64,000 bases of DNA from Anaerolineales bacterium (lineage in GTDB: Bacteria; Chloroflexota; Anaerolineae; Anaerolineales; UBA11579): contig JAHBVE010000002.1 in NCBI GenBank assembly GCA_019637675.1, positions 608,156-672,155 of the forward strand, given 5' to 3'. The stretch's first letter is position 1. Every line of letters starts with the position of its first letter. Below the pieces are notes generated by a model, which was given only the letters and a program-made list of their open reading frames with translations, had not been told where the DNA came from and ran no database searches. The position numbers and the translations under genes are program-made. This document shows positions 62,230 through 64,000 of the stretch, in pieces.

Positions 62230-62233
62230 CGTC

Positions 62234-63904
62234 TTACTCCTCCACTTCAGTTGGGCGTGGCTGCCAAATGCTGTTGGCGAAGATGATGCCGAGGAACTCG
62301 GCGCGCTCTTCGGCGCTAAGCCAGCGCGGCTTGGCATAGTCTACGAACACGAACGGCAGCAGCTCGGCGCTAATGTACTGATTATCGTATATCACGTGGC
62401 GCACCATCATGCCGTGGGAAGTGTCATAACCAAAGATGATCTGGTCAAAGAACATGTTGCCCAGGCCATACGTAATGAACGAATCCGGCGCATAAAATTC
62501 CACGCCATGCGGCTGGTGCGCCTGGCTGCCGCTGACGATGCTGGCGCCTGCCGCCGCCACCCGCTGGAAGTCGCGCACCAGCGTGTCGGATGGCTTGTAC
62601 TGGTAGACCTCATTGTGCTGGAAGGTGGTGATGACGATATAGCCTTCGTCCACCAGCTCGCGGATCGTGCGCTCCATGTAGTCGTAGTCACAGGCCCAGG
62701 TGCCCGGGTAGCTCTCCGTGGCCGAGGCATAGCCGCCGCCCTTGCCGTTGCAGCCGATGAAGGCGATGCGGTTGCCCTTGTCCTCCAGGCGCAGAGGTTG
62801 CATAGCCTCGTGTATATCCTCGCCGCCGCCATAATACGGCCAGCCGCGCTGGCGGTACTGCTCCAACGTATATTCCATGGCCGCCCGCGTCCAATCGTTG
62901 AAATGGTCGCCGGTCAGCTCGACCACATCCGTGCCGAGTTCCTCCAGCAGTTCGATATAGGTCGCATCACTGCAGAACACCAGCGTGCGCTGGCTGGGGT
63001 CCGGCCGCGGGCAGTTCTCGGCGAACGGCACTTCGTTGCTGATATGGGCAATGTCGGCCTCACGCATCACTTCGCCCACATCCTCGGCGGGGTATGTGAT
63101 GCCCTTGCGCTCCATCTCCCAGGCGGTGGCCCGCACCAGGGCGGTCACGCCGGTCAGCAGCACCGTGGTGAGCTTGTCGGCTTCGCGGTTGCTGGCAGGC
63201 GCGCTCACCAGCTCGACCCCGCCGCTGATCGTGATGGGCAGGCTGAGCGGGTAGTTGGCGGCCTCAAAGCCTTTCCAGATCGGCGCCTGGCCGTCAACGG
63301 CCAGCACCTTCCAACGCGGCGCCAGCGCCTCGAACGGCACCAGCGCCCAGCTGGGCTGCTGCGCCCAGGCCGCCTCGAGCAGCTCCTCGGCCGGCAGCAC
63401 CTGCACCGCGCCCGCCGCCGGTTCGCCCCAGGCCGCGCTGAAGGCGGCCCGCGTGCTCTCGCTCAGCAGCAGCGGCACGCCGGCGAACGGCCCAGCGCTG
63501 CGCCCAGCCCAGGCTGCCTTCAAGTCCGCCGAGGAGACCTCCTCGGCGATCGTCGGATACGGCGCCACCAGCGCGTAGACCCACTGCGCCAGCACTTCCC
63601 CCTCGCCGCCAATGGCGATGCTATGTTGGGCTGCCGCCGCGTCTTCGCTAACCTGCGCGCCCTCGGGCAAGCTCAGCTCGGCCACGAAGGCTTCCGGCAG
63701 CCCGGGCGCCAGATACCACAGCGGCTCCGGCTCGGCAGTCTCATCCGGCGAATAGTCTGGCTGGAATGGGGTCAGTGTGCTTGCCCCTGGGCTGCCTTCC
63801 GGCAGCCCAGGCTCCGCGGCTGGCAGGTTGCAGCCCGCCAGCAGCACGCTGGCGGCCAGCGCCAGCAGCAGGCCGCGTTGCAAATACGTGAGTGTGATGC
63901 GCAT
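62234..63904 (-). CDS. CapA/PGA_cap-family metallophosphatase-like lipoprotein with a ~280-aa N-terminal extra domain
   Basis: The ATG at 63904 gives MRITLTYLQRGLLLALAASVLLAGC (lipobox). The C-terminal half carries CapA-type blocks: AHISNEVPF, VELTGDHFND, IAFIGCN, ITTFQHNEVYQY and VSGSQAHQPHG. Confidence 0.8.
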   Translation of the reverse strand: MRITLTYLQRGLLLALAASVLLAGCNLPAAEPGLPEGSPGASTLTPFQPDYSPDETAEPEPLWYLAPGLPEAFVAELSLPEGAQVSEDAAAAQHSIAIGGEGEVLAQWVYALVAPYPTIAEEVSSADLKAAWAGRSAGPFAGVPLLLSESTRAAFSAAWGEPAAGAVQVLPAEELLEAAWAQQPSWALVPFEALAPRWKVLAVDGQAPIWKGFEAANYPLSLPITISGGVELVSAPASNREADKLTTVLLTGVTALVRATAWEMERKGITYPAEDVGEVMREADIAHISNEVPFAENCPRPDPSQRTLVFCSDATYIELLEELGTDVVELTGDHFNDWTRAAMEYTLEQYRQRGWPYYGGGEDIHEAMQPLRLEDKGNRIAFIGCNGKGGGYASATESYPGTWACDYDYMERTIRELVDEGYIVITTFQHNEVYQYKPSDTLVRDFQRVAAAGASIVSGSQAHQPHGVEFYAPDSFITYGLGNMFFDQIIFGYDTSHGMMVRHVIYDNQYISAELLPFVFVDYAKPRWLSAEERAEFLGIIFANSIWQPRPTEVEE

Positions 63905-63929
63905 GGATGCAGGCTCCGATCGTGTACTG

Positions 63930-64000
63930 CTAAAAACCCCCGCGGGCCGCGATGTGTTGCGCAACCTGGGCTTCATAGTCCGCCGCCTGGGCTTCCAGGC
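63930..64000 (-). CDS. hypothetical protein, C-terminal fragment (gene runs off right edge)
   Basis: The minus-strand frame reads ...LEAQAADYEAQVAQHIAARGGF then TAG (63932-63930). This leaves a 25-nt gap containing GGAG before the capA-like ATG. The fragment is too short to verify. Confidence 0.3.
   Translation of the reverse strand, partial: LEAQAADYEAQVAQHIAARGGF

Overview
This is a GC-rich bacterial chromosomal window that is almost fully coding. All calls were made by eye from the sequence and ORF translations; no searches, folding or GC computation were run.

The taxon is most likely Chloroflexota. This is inferred from two DUF2298 'Chlor_Arch_YYY' modules, a TIGR03663-like companion protein, many lipobox lipoproteins with Pro/Thr linkers, and characteristic short intergenic repeats.

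**Recognisable content**
- **Plus-strand glycan cluster (530-6864):** GT2, polyprenyl-phosphate sugar transferase, SDR epimerase, CapD/PglF-like dehydratase and a FemAB-family transferase.
- **DNA base-repair genes:** a family-4-like UDG, an endonuclease IV-like protein, an AlkD-like protein and a T4 endonuclease V-like glycosylase.
- **Standalone rpoC:** no rpoB is adjacent. It has its own near-consensus promoter and a structured leader of about 230 nt.
- **Co-directional minus-strand run from about 41.0 kb to 12.2 kb:** gatCA, alkD-like, lepA, a 15.6-kb envelope-glycoconjugate locus, cmk, an orphan multi-domain histidine kinase, then rpoC.
- **Conserved rpsB-tsf-pyrH-frr-uppS-cdsA block:** it carries an inserted endonuclease V-like gene and is extended by glpX and acs.
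- **metK:** it sits behind a consensus promoter, a SAM-I riboswitch and an intrinsic terminator.
- **Other genes:** tRNA-Lys(UUU), trxA, birA, dcd and a capA-like gene.

**Most interesting candidate:** the tightly packed locus at 20739-36390. It encodes a flippase-like protein, an epimerase, GT4, a methyltransferase, a GT-C protein of 720 aa, a 1717-aa GT-C+DUF2298 fusion, an 810-aa DUF2298 protein and a 554-aa TIGR03663-like protein. As far as I know, the DUF2298 and TIGR03663 families have no assigned function.

**Smaller oddities**
- A duplicated dcd 5' end forms a 29-codon upstream ORF.
- Several dispersed stem-loop and decamer repeat families fill the few long intergenic gaps.
- A TGnTAnnnT extended -10 motif recurs in front of genes.
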